From sequence record MT764206.1: a stretch of DNA of 64,000 bases. The stretch is one strand, 5' to 3'. Source of the DNA: Escherichia phage JEP6. Below, piece after piece: positions 18,944 through 29,429 of this stretch. The notes under the pieces are model-generated. The model was not told the DNA's origin and ran no database searches. It was given only the letters and a program-made list of their open reading frames with translations. Made by a program: the position numbers and the translations under genes. The first letter of the stretch is position 1; the number at the start of each line of letters is the position of its first letter.

Positions 18944-20263
18944 TCATACATAAAATACATCATAACGACCACGGGTAACACCAACATAAAGAAGTTGTTG
19001 GGCCAATTCAGCATCTGCATAATGAATGCAAGGCGTATAAATGAAAGCACGGTCTACAGACATACCCTGAGCTTTATGGAATGTTGATGCAGGAAGTGCT
19101 TTCACTTTACTAAACTGTGATTTAGCATCCCAAAAATCACTCCACGGGGCTTTTCCGCCTTTATTCCAATTTTTATAAGTTTCTGCCGTTTTACCTAAAA
19201 ATAGGTTAAACTTATACAGCTCTTCATCAGATGAAATTATTTTAATCTTTTCACGATAATATTCATCATCGCCGTAAGTTTCTACTGTTAAATCCCAATG
19301 ACGAATTAGATATTCTCCAGAAACACCACGAGCTTTAACAAACGTTGATGTATACTCTGCTTCTATAATACGAACTAATTGTCCGTTATTAAAAATAATT
19401 TCTGACACAGGCTTTCCATCAATTTTATATGTTTTAATTAATGGTTCCTGCATTACAATAATTTCACCGACAATAAAATCTTTATCAGTTTCAAAAATCT
19501 TTTTACGAATAATGCTATTTAACTTATCAACAGATTTATTCGTAAATGCCATTACACGATTTTCAAACAAATCATCTAGAGATTTGACGATTGAAAAATA
19601 ATTTACCATAAAATCGCGTAAAGCGGTATCACCTGTAAATCCACGTACTCCATGCCCGTCAACAACTTTATCATAAATCCACTTACCGTTACGAACGTCA
19701 GTAGCTACATCAATAATAGGAGCATTACTGCGTTTAACTTCAGTGAGTTCACACTGATAAAAATCTTTGTGTGTAAAGAATGGACTGATATAAGCAGTGT
19801 TTTCTCCTGGGTCAACAGGTCTAATTTGCTTATTATCCCCTATTCCAATTATAGTACACCAAGGTGGAATAGTTGAAAGCAGAATTTTAAATAGCTTTCT
19901 ATCATACATTGACACTTCATCGCAGATTAATACCCTGCATTTAGCTAAATCTGGTACTTCCTTCTGCTCAAAGAGGACATTTTCTTCATATGTTACTGGG
20001 TTAATTTTAAGAATACTATGAATAGTACTCGCTTCTTTCCCTGATAGTTTTGAAAGAATCTTTTTAGCTGCATGTGTAGGAGCTGCTAAAATAATACCAG
20101 TTTCACCCGTAGATATTAAGGCTTCAATGATGAACTTAGTAAGAGTAGTCTTACCAGTACCAGCAGGTCCATTAATAGTTACATGATGTTTCTTTTCTTT
20201 GATAGCCCTCATAACAATGTTAAAGGCATTTTTCTGGCCTTCGGTCAAATCATCAAATGTCAT
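18944..20263 (-). CDS. dda: Dda DNA helicase (SF1B)
   Basis: 439 aa, Walker A GPAGTGKT; same length as T4 Dda. Confidence 0.9.
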   Translation of the reverse strand: MTFDDLTEGQKNAFNIVMRAIKEKKHHVTINGPAGTGKTTLTKFIIEALISTGETGIILAAPTHAAKKILSKLSGKEASTIHSILKINPVTYEENVLFEQKEVPDLAKCRVLICDEVSMYDRKLFKILLSTIPPWCTIIGIGDNKQIRPVDPGENTAYISPFFTHKDFYQCELTEVKRSNAPIIDVATDVRNGKWIYDKVVDGHGVRGFTGDTALRDFMVNYFSIVKSLDDLFENRVMAFTNKSVDKLNSIIRKKIFETDKDFIVGEIIVMQEPLIKTYKIDGKPVSEIIFNNGQLVRIIEAEYTSTFVKARGVSGEYLIRHWDLTVETYGDDEYYREKIKIISSDEELYKFNLFLGKTAETYKNWNKGGKAPWSDFWDAKSQFSKVKALPASTFHKAQGMSVDRAFIYTPCIHYADAELAQQLLYVGVTRGRYDVFYV

Positions 20264-20571
20264 CGTAAATTCCCTGCAATTGGTATACTAACAATACGCC
20301 CAGTATCTAAAATTCGCCGATATAATCTTTGTGTGTCTACATCAGGCTTAACACGTTTAACTTCTATTTTATTAAACCAAAACTTGCGTGGAGTCTCAAC
20401 TAGTCTTGGAATTCCCATACCTAAAGCTAGTCGATACTGCTCTTTAAGAGTGGTAAATACTTTATCAGCAATATTCCATTCAAAAAATACAGCAGGACGA
20501 TGTTCATCAAGAGGAACTGGCGCCGTAAATCCGTCTTTGTCTCGGTAAACTATCGCATATACATAAACCAT
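20260..20571 (-). CDS. hypothetical early protein
   Basis: 103 aa, ATGA-coupled to dda. Confidence 0.5.
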   Translation of the reverse strand: MVYVYAIVYRDKDGFTAPVPLDEHRPAVFFEWNIADKVFTTLKEQYRLALGMGIPRLVETPRKFWFNKIEVKRVKPDVDTQRLYRRILDTGRIVSIPIAGNLR

Positions 20572-20572
20572 A

Positions 20573-21319
20573 TTATCCTCGGATAAGTTTAAAAATTGAA
20601 CAATTCAGCGGATATCCTCTTTTCAGTTTAAGTTTATCAATAAATGACAAGTTTTGATACCGCTCTACACCTTGAATAATTTTATCACACATATCATATT
20701 GCATTTCTGCTTCTGACAACTTTTTCACAGTTTTCCAATCCGAGCCTTTAAGAAGAACGTTCAGTTTAACAACTTCAGCGCCTTCTGCTATGCGAGAACC
20801 ATCAATACGAGCTTTAAGTGCTATAATCGTTAGCTTAACGTCAGAAGTTTGTTTTGATTTAGAAAGCTGAGAAATGTGTTCAATTCGGTTTTCACGTTTT
20901 TTCTGTATAGCTTTAATTTGATTATAAGTCTTTTTGATTTTAGCCCATTTCTTTTCATCTAAATTTAGTTTATGAATTTTTTTCGCAGATGAACGACCAA
21001 TTCGCAAAGCAAATAAATCACGCTTTTCAATCAACTCTTCTAAAGTATAATCAGAACGAAATGTATTGTACTTTTTCTTTACTGCAATAACATTCCCTTT
21101 AATGTATCCAACGTTATTATCAAAACGTTCTAATGATAATTTCTCTCCTTCAATACGATTATCAAAAGGTTCTCCCGAGTAAGCACAAACTTTCTGATCT
21201 AAAATGTTCTTAATGTAATTGAAGTCTAAGTTAAAATCTTTAGAACGTCTTTTAGCAGATGCCTGAGTATGCTCTAGACGACGTGTAATTTTACGAATTT
21301 GATTTTTAGACAGTTTCAT
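20573..21319 (-). CDS. basic early protein at the srd position
   Basis: 248 aa, very Lys/Arg-rich; identity not established from sequence alone. Confidence 0.45.
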   Translation of the reverse strand: MKLSKNQIRKITRRLEHTQASAKRRSKDFNLDFNYIKNILDQKVCAYSGEPFDNRIEGEKLSLERFDNNVGYIKGNVIAVKKKYNTFRSDYTLEELIEKRDLFALRIGRSSAKKIHKLNLDEKKWAKIKKTYNQIKAIQKKRENRIEHISQLSKSKQTSDVKLTIIALKARIDGSRIAEGAEVVKLNVLLKGSDWKTVKKLSEAEMQYDMCDKIIQGVERYQNLSFIDKLKLKRGYPLNCSIFKLIRG

Positions 21320-21349
21320 ATTTTTCTCACGGACGGGTTAACTACTTAT

Positions 21350-21379
21350 ACTATAACATTTTTACTTCAGTTTGTAAAC
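21350..21379 (-). promoter_or_regulatory. early promoter (GTTTAC / TATAGT)
   Basis: 18-nt spacing, 30 nt upstream of ATG 21319. Confidence 0.45.
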
Positions 21380-21436
21380 AACTTTATGTAAAAATGCTTT
21401 AAAAATTTCATGGTATAATGAATCTAAGTCCTTCCA

Positions 21437-22039
21437 TTATAGATTAAATCCTTCAAAATCAAGAGTATAGATAGTGTATGTTGAATACTTTTTATACTCG
21501 TATCTATCCGCAATTCTAAATACACTTCCAGCTGGTATCATTACTTCTTGTTCATCTGAAACTAATTCCATATTACGATAACGATGGCTATCCGGAAACT
21601 TAAAGTTTGGATTGTATTCTTTACAGCGTAGAGCTTTTATAGCATACTCCTGGAAATTGAATACCATAGGAGCTTTGAATTCAAAAATAACTTGTGTATT
21701 GTATTCTAATCCAGAAGCAAAATGTAGAGCTATATTTTTATCATATGAAGCTGATACTACTTTATCAAATGTAATAATATCAATTCCTTGATTTAACGCC
21801 TGCTTAGTCTCAACTGGAACACCTCTCCAAAGAGGTTTATCGTTTGGAACCAAACGAGATTTGACTATTTCATTTAACCAAGAATGATCGTCTGGTTTAT
21901 TAGTAATACAATGAATTAAAAGTTCAATTTCAGATAAATTAAACCCTTCAGAAAGCAATTCTTCACGAATAGAAGCACGCACCGATGCATCCATTGATTT
22001 TATTTTAAAATCTTTTAGTTGCATTACTGAGTATTTCAT
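21437..22039 (-). CDS. modA: ADP-ribosyltransferase ModA
   Basis: 200 aa; R-S-E triad candidates LWRGV, SAS, EQEVMIP. Confidence 0.7.
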   Translation of the reverse strand: MKYSVMQLKDFKIKSMDASVRASIREELLSEGFNLSEIELLIHCITNKPDDHSWLNEIVKSRLVPNDKPLWRGVPVETKQALNQGIDIITFDKVVSASYDKNIALHFASGLEYNTQVIFEFKAPMVFNFQEYAIKALRCKEYNPNFKFPDSHRYRNMELVSDEQEVMIPAGSVFRIADRYEYKKYSTYTIYTLDFEGFNL

Positions 22040-22659
22040 TCAACTACCTCAATATCATAAACTTTAAATGTTCCAAATGAATCGTGTAATTTTTCTTTTG
22101 AAATAGAAGTTATTCTATACTTTCCAATTGGAATCATCCATTCTTGTTCACGCACAATCATCATTAAGTTATCAGTACGCTCTGAATCTAGCCCATCAGT
22201 ATCTTCATACGTGTACTTGAACTCAGTATTAGGAGAAGAAAGTATAATATCGCTGATATGGTCAGAATAATTAAAAGCTTTATCAGTTTTTAAGCGAAGT
22301 ATTATTTTAGTAAAATATTCAGCGTAAGAAAAAGAACATGCTGTGAGCAAACTAGTAGTAAATGAATCTACTCTATTCGTTGAAAACACTTCTCCAACTT
22401 GTAAATCTTTAATGAGTTCTTTTGTCGATTTTGATATACCACGATATAACTGATAAGGTGATTCAGTTAAATGCTTTTTAATGATTTTATTCAACTGTTG
22501 ATGAAGAGCTTCATTCTTTTTGGCTTCCATACATTGCCAAAGAACTGACTGTTCAAAGTCAGTAAATTTTTCACAGACCTTTTTATACATATCATATTGA
22601 AAATCAACGCTTTCAGCTTTTATAGATAACTGTTCAACATCTGCAAGATTAATAATCAT
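22036..22659 (-). CDS. modB: ADP-ribosyltransferase ModB
   Basis: Start at M5 (SD GGAGG), 207 aa; LYRGIS, STN, REQEWMIP; paralog of modA. Confidence 0.7.
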   Translation of the reverse strand: MIINLADVEQLSIKAESVDFQYDMYKKVCEKFTDFEQSVLWQCMEAKKNEALHQQLNKIIKKHLTESPYQLYRGISKSTKELIKDLQVGEVFSTNRVDSFTTSLLTACSFSYAEYFTKIILRLKTDKAFNYSDHISDIILSSPNTEFKYTYEDTDGLDSERTDNLMMIVREQEWMIPIGKYRITSISKEKLHDSFGTFKVYDIEVVE

Positions 22660-22726
22660 GATAGCCTCCATATACTTCAGAAGCTATCATATCATCGTTA
22701 GAAAGGAAAGTAAACAACTTTTTGAA

Positions 22727-22909
22727 TTATTTTGCCCAGGGAGCCCAGGGCGGAGGGTCAAGATGGTATGAAGCTAGTTCTTCTAGAAGAGCATCTGGGG
22801 CTTCAATTCCATAATTCTGTAATACTATACGGTACTCTTTCTTATAATCACTAGAATCATTCTGGATATTCGTAGAATGATTATCTTCTAACATCTCAAA
22901 TAAATCCAT
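22727..22909 (-). CDS. hypothetical early protein
   Basis: 60 aa acidic. Confidence 0.4.
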   Translation of the reverse strand: MDLFEMLEDNHSTNIQNDSSDYKKEYRIVLQNYGIEAPDALLEELASYHLDPPPWAPWAK

Positions 22910-22917
22910 ATTAATTC

Positions 22918-23400
22918 CTAGCGATAAAAACCAAAATAACGATTAGCTTCAATAATCTTTCTTTCTTCTTCGGACATTCTCCAGCGTAGTCCAACATCAA
23001 AATGAGCCCAGACCATCTTAACAAATGCATTTATATCTTTAATATCTTCAATAATGAATGTTTTACTTTTAGAAAGTTGACCTGCTAAATTAAGTGCTAA
23101 TTTAACGTTATCATCTTCAAACAGGCTAAAAAGACCATATTCATGAGCTCTTTTATAGCCTTTGATAGTTAAAGCTTCAGAAGAAGAAAATGGTGAATCA
23201 GTATTCTGCAAAATATCTTCAGTATGCTTTATAATTAGAATAACATTTTCTGGATATTTTCTTTCTTTTATATCTTTAATTAAAATATCCGGATTTTCTG
23301 CTAAAGGAATAATTAATGAGCATTTTTTATCAAGTGTATTTACTGATTTACCTTCTTTAGACATAAATTCTATTGAATAATGTTTTGCTACTTCAATCAT
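22918..23400 (-). CDS. hypothetical early protein (mrh position)
   Basis: 160 aa. Confidence 0.45.
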   Translation of the reverse strand: MIEVAKHYSIEFMSKEGKSVNTLDKKCSLIIPLAENPDILIKDIKERKYPENVILIIKHTEDILQNTDSPFSSSEALTIKGYKRAHEYGLFSLFEDDNVKLALNLAGQLSKSKTFIIEDIKDINAFVKMVWAHFDVGLRWRMSEEERKIIEANRYFGFYR

Positions 23401-23553
23401 GTGATTTCCTCTTGCCTACTAACGGGCCGTCAGGAATTTTGTTTTCCTGGATATATTTCTCATTTTCTTCCATCATTTTACTACCGATTTTAAGAAGCAA
23501 ATCCAATGCTTCATTTGCTTTAGCCTTGGCCTCTTCTAACGTCATATCTCTGT

Positions 23554-23757
23554 TCACGATTTATCCCCATAGATGTCTCTCATCAATTTAAGCGCTGAGC
23601 GTTCTAATTTCTTTTCTTTCTCAGCACTAATCATTGATTTCATCCATTCTTCTGATTCGTTCTGCATTTCTTTATTTGCTTGTTCAACCCAGCCATCATC
23701 AATATACATTGAGTTTGGTCTATTGAACCATTCAAACATTTTCTTCAGAACTTTCAT
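23554..23757 (-). CDS. hypothetical protein
   Basis: 67 aa. Confidence 0.45.
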   Translation of the reverse strand: MKVLKKMFEWFNRPNSMYIDDGWVEQANKEMQNESEEWMKSMISAEKEKKLERSALKLMRDIYGDKS

Positions 23758-24229
23758 TTGTTTTACCTAAAACAACAGTAGGAGCATCATCAAATTCATG
23801 AATTTTTAGCAAATTTGGATGTAAACTATTCCATACAGAAGAAATAAAGTATGATAACGCATCTTCACTCGCAATTATAAATTTGTTTCCTTTGTCTATT
23901 TTCCAGTTATATACTGAATCGTACGAATAAAAAGATAAAGGCTTATCATTATATTGTTCTGCGCTAACATTAATGTATTCGGATTTAGTAAATGCTTCAA
24001 TTGCTCTAAATGGAATATTTGGTACAGTTTCAATAATACCAATCTTTTTAAGTTTTATTTCAGCATCTTCTGGAACTGGCATTGAAACGAAATTTTCTAC
24101 GAGATACATTGGGTCACAATAACCCTTATCAATCATTACTGCTACGGTAATTGGAACGTCTTTAGCAAACGACATACTATTACTGCTAATATACATTTCA
24201 AACAAAATCGCTTCCATAATTTTCCTCAA
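23732..24229 (-). CDS. hypothetical protein
   Basis: 165 aa. Confidence 0.5.
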   Translation of the reverse strand: MRKIMEAILFEMYISSNSMSFAKDVPITVAVMIDKGYCDPMYLVENFVSMPVPEDAEIKLKKIGIIETVPNIPFRAIEAFTKSEYINVSAEQYNDKPLSFYSYDSVYNWKIDKGNKFIIASEDALSYFISSVWNSLHPNLLKIHEFDDAPTVVLGKTNESSEENV

Positions 24230-24564
24230 TCACAAGATGTAGATGAACAACTAGAATCACAAGAACTTCCGCATGAATCGCCCGTCCATACATGAACAGG
24301 AACATTAGTATCATATGAATCAGAACTAGACTGTGTATTCTGCGTATTAGATGATGTAGGTGTTGACCAACGCCAAGGATTTTTATAATATTCTTGGGCT
24401 TCTTCATAAGTCATAGTAACTGCTTCTACTGTTCCATCTCCCATATAAACATATTCAACTACAGTTAAAGGAAGGTAGTCATTTGAAATAGGAACTACAC
24501 CTTCTCCAGGAGTTGTAGAGAAAAAATCCGTAAAGAAATTTTTAAACCAATTAAAGATAAACAT
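24226..24564 (-). CDS. hypothetical protein with Cys/Ser-rich C-terminal tail
   Basis: 112 aa ending [18 protein letters not shown]. Confidence 0.5.
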   Translation of the reverse strand: MFIFNWFKNFFTDFFSTTPGEGVVPISNDYLPLTVVEYVYMGDGTVEAVTMTYEEAQEYYKNPWRWSTPTSSNTQNTQSSSDSYDTNVPVHVWTGDSCGSSCDSSCSSTSCD

Positions 24565-24770
24565 TACAAAAAGCCTCTTTTGAATTCGACTTGCTTTTCG
24601 CCATAATCATATCGAATCTCTGCATTAAATTCGACAGAACCATCTGCGTACATCATAAATGAATGCACAACAACTTCTGTAGACCATGGCTGTAGTTCAT
24701 ATTTTTTCATTACATGCCGTGAAATGATAATATCTAAATCTTCATTTGGTTTAATCCAGCGATTTAACAT
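24564..24770 (-). CDS. hypothetical protein
   Basis: 68 aa. Confidence 0.45.
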   Translation of the reverse strand: MLNRWIKPNEDLDIIISRHVMKKYELQPWSTEVVVHSFMMYADGSVEFNAEIRYDYGEKQVEFKRGFL

Positions 24771-24796
24771 AGTGCTCTCCTCTATAAGATAATTCT

Positions 24797-24826
24797 ATTA
24801 TACCATACTCATTTTGATATGTAAAC
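24797..24826 (-). promoter_or_regulatory. early promoter (GTTTAC / TGGTATAAT)
   Basis: 18-nt spacing. Confidence 0.5.
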
Positions 24827-24840
24827 CATAAAATGAAAAA

Positions 24841-24860
24841 AGGACTCCCGAAGGAGTCCT
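24841..24860 (-). terminator. hairpin AGGACUCC-UUCG-GGAGUCCU with U-run
   Basis: Perfect 8-bp stem, UUCG loop, U-rich tail on minus RNA; downstream of soc. Confidence 0.5.
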
Positions 24861-24867
24861 TGAATTA

Positions 24868-25104
24868 TTAACCACCTATTTCTGTAGGTGTAAACATTGC
24901 AGCATTCTTAGTTTTCCAAGTTGCTGCATCGGAAACTACAGTAGAATATGCCGCCTTTTCAGAAGGAAAGGTCTGATAATGAGAATCTGCAATACGGTGT
25001 TCATTTGAATATACATCAAATGCTACAGAAACTTCCATACCTTTAACTTCTTTGCCTTCACCTGCTGGATGAGTAAAGGTCTTGATGTTAACGAAACCAC
25101 CCAT
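24868..25104 (-). CDS. soc: small outer capsid protein Soc
   Basis: 78 aa; VNIKTF...GKE(V/I)SVAF...HYQTFPSEKAAYSTV matches T4 Soc. Confidence 0.8.
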   Translation of the reverse strand: MGGFVNIKTFTHPAGEGKEVKGMEVSVAFDVYSNEHRIADSHYQTFPSEKAAYSTVVSDAATWKTKNAAMFTPTEIGG

Positions 25105-25120
25105 AATAAACTCCTTTATT

Positions 25121-25128
25121 GTTTAATT
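25121..25128 (-). promoter_or_regulatory. late promoter TATAAATA
   Basis: Exact TATAAATA on minus strand about 20 nt upstream of soc start. Confidence 0.5.
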
Positions 25129-25285
25129 ACAGGTGTATTTATAACTTACAATTTGGCGTCTTTCCAGAGTTGTTCAATAATCTCTTGGTCTATTTCTTTA
25201 GTTATTTCATTACGTAATAAGGCAGTAAGGGCTTTCGCCCTTTTCTTATTCAACTTTTTGAGTTGACGTTTATTTAATTTAGCCA

Positions 25286-25804
25286 TTAATAACCTCGGTC
25301 TTGACGAGCGAAGTTTTCAGCATTTTTCAGATAATAAAGTTTAAAGATTTCTTCAGCCGTAAGACCGAGACCTTGGAACATGTTCAGAACGAAATGAAGA
25401 ATATCAATCATTTCGAATTTAATTTCCAACTGGTCTTGTGGAGACAAATCAGTAATTAAAGTTTCACGACGTTCACCATGTTGAGCTTTCCAAGGCTTCC
25501 ATACAGCAGATGCATCTTTTTCGCCATTGCTCATACCACCAAGAGAAGTCAGAAGTTCACGGAATTCATCATCAATATAATCTTTCTGATTACGCAGCCA
25601 ATCAACAACTTCACCTGCAGTAGCCAAATCATCAGGATGACGGTTATATTCAGGTTTATCTTTAGCTAAACGAACCTGCAGAGATTTCTGCATGTCAAGC
25701 ATAACTTGCAACGGGTCTTTTTCATCACCGAGAATATCCCAGTATTCATTTTGAGCTTTATCAGCGCCTTCAATCAGTTGTGAACATTCATTAAAGTATG
25801 CCAT
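25286..25804 (-). CDS. 56: dCTPase/dCDPase/dUTPase
   Basis: Start at MAYFNEC (SD AAAGGAAAAA), about 172 aa, MazG-like. Confidence 0.8.
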   Translation of the reverse strand: MAYFNECSQLIEGADKAQNEYWDILGDEKDPLQVMLDMQKSLQVRLAKDKPEYNRHPDDLATAGEVVDWLRNQKDYIDDEFRELLTSLGGMSNGEKDASAVWKPWKAQHGERRETLITDLSPQDQLEIKFEMIDILHFVLNMFQGLGLTAEEIFKLYYLKNAENFARQDRGY

Positions 25805-25864
25805 TATTTTTCCTTTCAATTCATTAATAAGTTAAATAATTATATCATTTGAGTATGTAAGCAA

Positions 25865-26653
<789 letters not shown>

Positions 26654-26754
26654 TCATTTATTGCAGCAAAAATGAATTATACAGTTCTTCATCATATGTA
26701 TTTGATAGTAATACTAACACGTTTTGCGATAAATATTAATTTAAAGGAGGACAT

Positions 26755-26955
26755 ATGGTACAAAAATTAATGGCACTTGTTAATGCCATCAAAGGTAATA
26801 AAAAGCGTATAGCTTTTACTATTTCTGCTATGATAGGAATTTTACTTTGGAATTTTGTTTTATCGCCAGTTGCTATTGCTCATGGCGTTAGTATTCCAGT
26901 AGTTACTCTTGATACATTCGTAGATTTAGCATTTGCTTTAGTTGGGTTAATTTAA
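26755..26955 (+). CDS. small membrane protein on plus strand inside leftward block
   Basis: 66 aa, strong SD AAAGGAGG, ATAAATA late-promoter-like motif upstream; stop overlaps gene 61 stop (convergent). Confidence 0.45.
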   Translation: MVQKLMALVNAIKGNKKRIAFTISAMIGILLWNFVLSPVAIAHGVSIPVVTLDTFVDLAFALVGLI

Positions 26956-27980
26956 ATCTTAGCATATTTAGATAACCGCATTTTAGCCATCAACCCCTGT
27001 GCAATATTATTTTTCATATATTCCATAATTTGTTCAGGGGTTGCACCTTCCTTTCTAATCATATCATTAACATCTTTTGATTTCCAGGGAGATTTATCCC
27101 AAAACATAACCCTTTCTCCTGCATCAACTAATTTAGTCATTCGTTTGATAGTGTCAGGATGACGAGGTTCATTATCTAAAACCCACACACGCCTATCTTT
27201 AAATGGAACAACTTCTAGGTCTAATTGACCACCCGTAATAGCTATACCATTTTCAATAAAAAGTGAATCTATAGGTCCTTCTAGAACATATACATCACCA
27301 TCTTTAACCCGTTCGACTCCATAGATTTTTGTTGCTTCAGGATAAGCTTTGATGGTGATATATTTTTGAGGAGCATCTTTCTTTAATGCACGTCCTTGAA
27401 ACGACTCAGCTTTTCCATTAGCATTATAAATTGGAATAACAAGACGAGGCTCAGAAATTTCCTTTTTATATGTTCCCGGTGCTATGCTATTAACCAATTT
27501 AGGCCATTCAGTTGTAAACCAAAGATATTTCCATTTATCCTTTGGAATACAACGAGCTTTTACATATTTTATAATTGGATGGTCTTCCGCCAGTTTATCT
27601 AATCTAACACATGACGGAAGAGATTTAATTATTTTCTTCTCAGGTTGTTTAGGAAGTTCTTTAGGTTTTTCTACTGGACGACTTTTACCTTTTTCTTTTC
27701 TTATTTCAAAGATATACTCACGATATAAATCAGGTTCAAACTCCTTTAAATATATTCCGATTGGTGCATGATAGTTACAGTTATAACAATGAATATTTCC
27801 TTCATTATTATCACCATAATACCATCCACGAGCTTTATTCTGGTCGGTTTTTGAATCTCCACAAACAGGGCATCTAAACCGCAATTTAAAAGTTGAACTA
27901 TTATTTACTTGTGTGAATTTAGGTAAATGAGCTAATGCACGGTATGCAAACTCATTATCAATCCAAGGTATTGATGACAT
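26952..27980 (-). CDS. 61: DNA primase
   Basis: 342 aa, N-terminal zinc ribbon CPVCGDS...CYNCNYH; T4 gp61 length. Confidence 0.9.
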   Translation of the reverse strand: MSSIPWIDNEFAYRALAHLPKFTQVNNSSTFKLRFRCPVCGDSKTDQNKARGWYYGDNNEGNIHCYNCNYHAPIGIYLKEFEPDLYREYIFEIRKEKGKSRPVEKPKELPKQPEKKIIKSLPSCVRLDKLAEDHPIIKYVKARCIPKDKWKYLWFTTEWPKLVNSIAPGTYKKEISEPRLVIPIYNANGKAESFQGRALKKDAPQKYITIKAYPEATKIYGVERVKDGDVYVLEGPIDSLFIENGIAITGGQLDLEVVPFKDRRVWVLDNEPRHPDTIKRMTKLVDAGERVMFWDKSPWKSKDVNDMIRKEGATPEQIMEYMKNNIAQGLMAKMRLSKYAKI

Positions 27981-27982
27981 TT

Positions 27983-28147
27983 TTACTCTTCTTTTTCTTT
28001 AGATTCCTCTTTTTTCTTTTTAGGAATCTGTTCAGGACCTTTATTTACTACAGCACCTGATGTTGTTCCAGTAGAGATATTTTCAGGATTACCACCTGAA
28101 TCTCCAGCGACCATATCTTCTTTGATAAATTCTTTAAATGTTTTCAT
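27983..28147 (-). CDS. small acidic/Lys-rich protein (61.1 position)
   Basis: 54 aa, SD AGAGG; below track cutoff. Confidence 0.45.
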   Translation of the reverse strand: MKTFKEFIKEDMVAGDSGGNPENISTGTTSGAVVNKGPEQIPKKKKEESKEKEE

Positions 28148-28148
28148 A

Positions 28149-28775
28149 TTAACCTCTATTCATAAAAGCATTAAAAATTTGGTCATCAATAGAAACATTT
28201 ACTTTAGACTGTTTTTCGGATGGTAATTCATATCCACATATTACAATTTTGTGATCAATATCAAAATACACAGAAGCAATATGATTAATGCTGTTTTCAG
28301 TAAAGTCTAAATCAACATCAATATCTTTTTGACCAAAGCCCAAAGGATAAATAATGCGAGTAATTCGATTATCTTTAACAAAGATTCCACCGACATACTC
28401 TGTACTGCGTTTAAAGTCTACACGCCGACGAAATGAAAAATATTCAGGCTCTTTATGAGCTCGGCTTATAGGGCACAACGAATAACTAGAATAAGAGATG
28501 TCAAATCCTACGCCTTCAATATGAACTAAATTGTCATGATTAAACCAATTATAATCATATGCCAAGTCCATTAGATTGTCATATGTGAAAGGCACCGGAT
28601 TAACATCATTGGTCACAAGCATATAATTAGCAACTGCTATAATTTCATTATTTTTAACGAATACAAACCGTGATTGATGCGAATGGCCTGGACCTGCGTT
28701 TTCACGATTAATGATATAACACTGGGCACCTTTATATTTGTACGTGTCTTTACACTTGTGCATTTGATAAAGCAT
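28149..28775 (-). CDS. 61.2-position protein (possible AdfA-like anti-DarT factor)
   Basis: 208 aa; assignment by position only. Confidence 0.4.
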   Translation of the reverse strand: MLYQMHKCKDTYKYKGAQCYIINRENAGPGHSHQSRFVFVKNNEIIAVANYMLVTNDVNPVPFTYDNLMDLAYDYNWFNHDNLVHIEGVGFDISYSSYSLCPISRAHKEPEYFSFRRRVDFKRSTEYVGGIFVKDNRITRIIYPLGFGQKDIDVDLDFTENSINHIASVYFDIDHKIVICGYELPSEKQSKVNVSIDDQIFNAFMNRG

Positions 28776-29068
28776 TATTCACCTACCACTTCAGCGATGA
28801 TATTTTTATTATTAAAGTTTTTATCGCAATACAGAACATAATTATACTGCATTACACCACCAGACTTAAGCTGTTTTTGCACTTCAGCTTTCATTTCAGG
28901 ACGATCACGCTCAACGATATTCATAATATCTGCTTCAATTTGAGTTTCAACTTCAGTCTGATCCGCAGTCATAGACCATTCACACAAATCTTTATCATAA
29001 CCTGCCATAGCAGGCTGAGCAGCACAAGAAGCTAAAGCAAAAATTGCAGCAAAAACAAATTTTTTCAT
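28775..29068 (-). CDS. sp: spackle (periplasmic, signal peptide)
   Basis: Start at MKKFVFAAIFALASCAAQPAMAG; 97 aa as T4 Sp. Confidence 0.6.
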   Translation of the reverse strand: MKKFVFAAIFALASCAAQPAMAGYDKDLCEWSMTADQTEVETQIEADIMNIVERDRPEMKAEVQKQLKSGGVMQYNYVLYCDKNFNNKNIIAEVVGE

Positions 29069-29129
29069 GATTAATCTCCTCAGTAGTTTATGTTTATATA
29101 GTATCTCAATTTCCAATAAAAGTAAACAG

Positions 29130-29429
29130 TTATTTTAAAACTTTTGCGTAATCACATGTTACAAACTGTTTCTCTAGCTTAACGATCTTACGAAAATACC
29201 TTTTACACTGACGAATCTGCCGCTTCGTAGGGCGAACAGCAAACTTAATAAATTCCACTCGACCAAATGGAGGACTTTCTTCTGCTGGAATATCTAATAC
29301 TAATTCCCACGTATCTGCAATAAGTGCTTTGAATTGAGTATTTTTCCTAACGCTATACGGAGTAGGTTTAAATAAAACGATATGCATATTATCCTCGGCA
29401 ATCCACTTCACATACCTTCTTGTCATCAA
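29130..29429 (-). CDS. hypothetical protein (61.4 position)
   Basis: 99 aa basic protein. Confidence 0.5.
   Translation of the reverse strand: MMTRRYVKWIAEDNMHIVLFKPTPYSVRKNTQFKALIADTWELVLDIPAEESPPFGRVEFIKFAVRPTKRQIRQCKRYFRKIVKLEKQFVTCDYAKVLK

Noticed and set aside
20573-21319. Possible degenerate HNH endonuclease in the 248-aa basic protein (CAYSGEP...ERFDNNVGYIKGNV)
   Set aside because: The motif lacks the conserved His/Asn pattern; resemblance too weak, so left as a hypothetical protein at the srd position.
25069-25266. 65-aa plus-strand ORF between soc and gene 56
   Set aside because: Antisense to the soc late promoter and a minus-strand small ORF; no SD.
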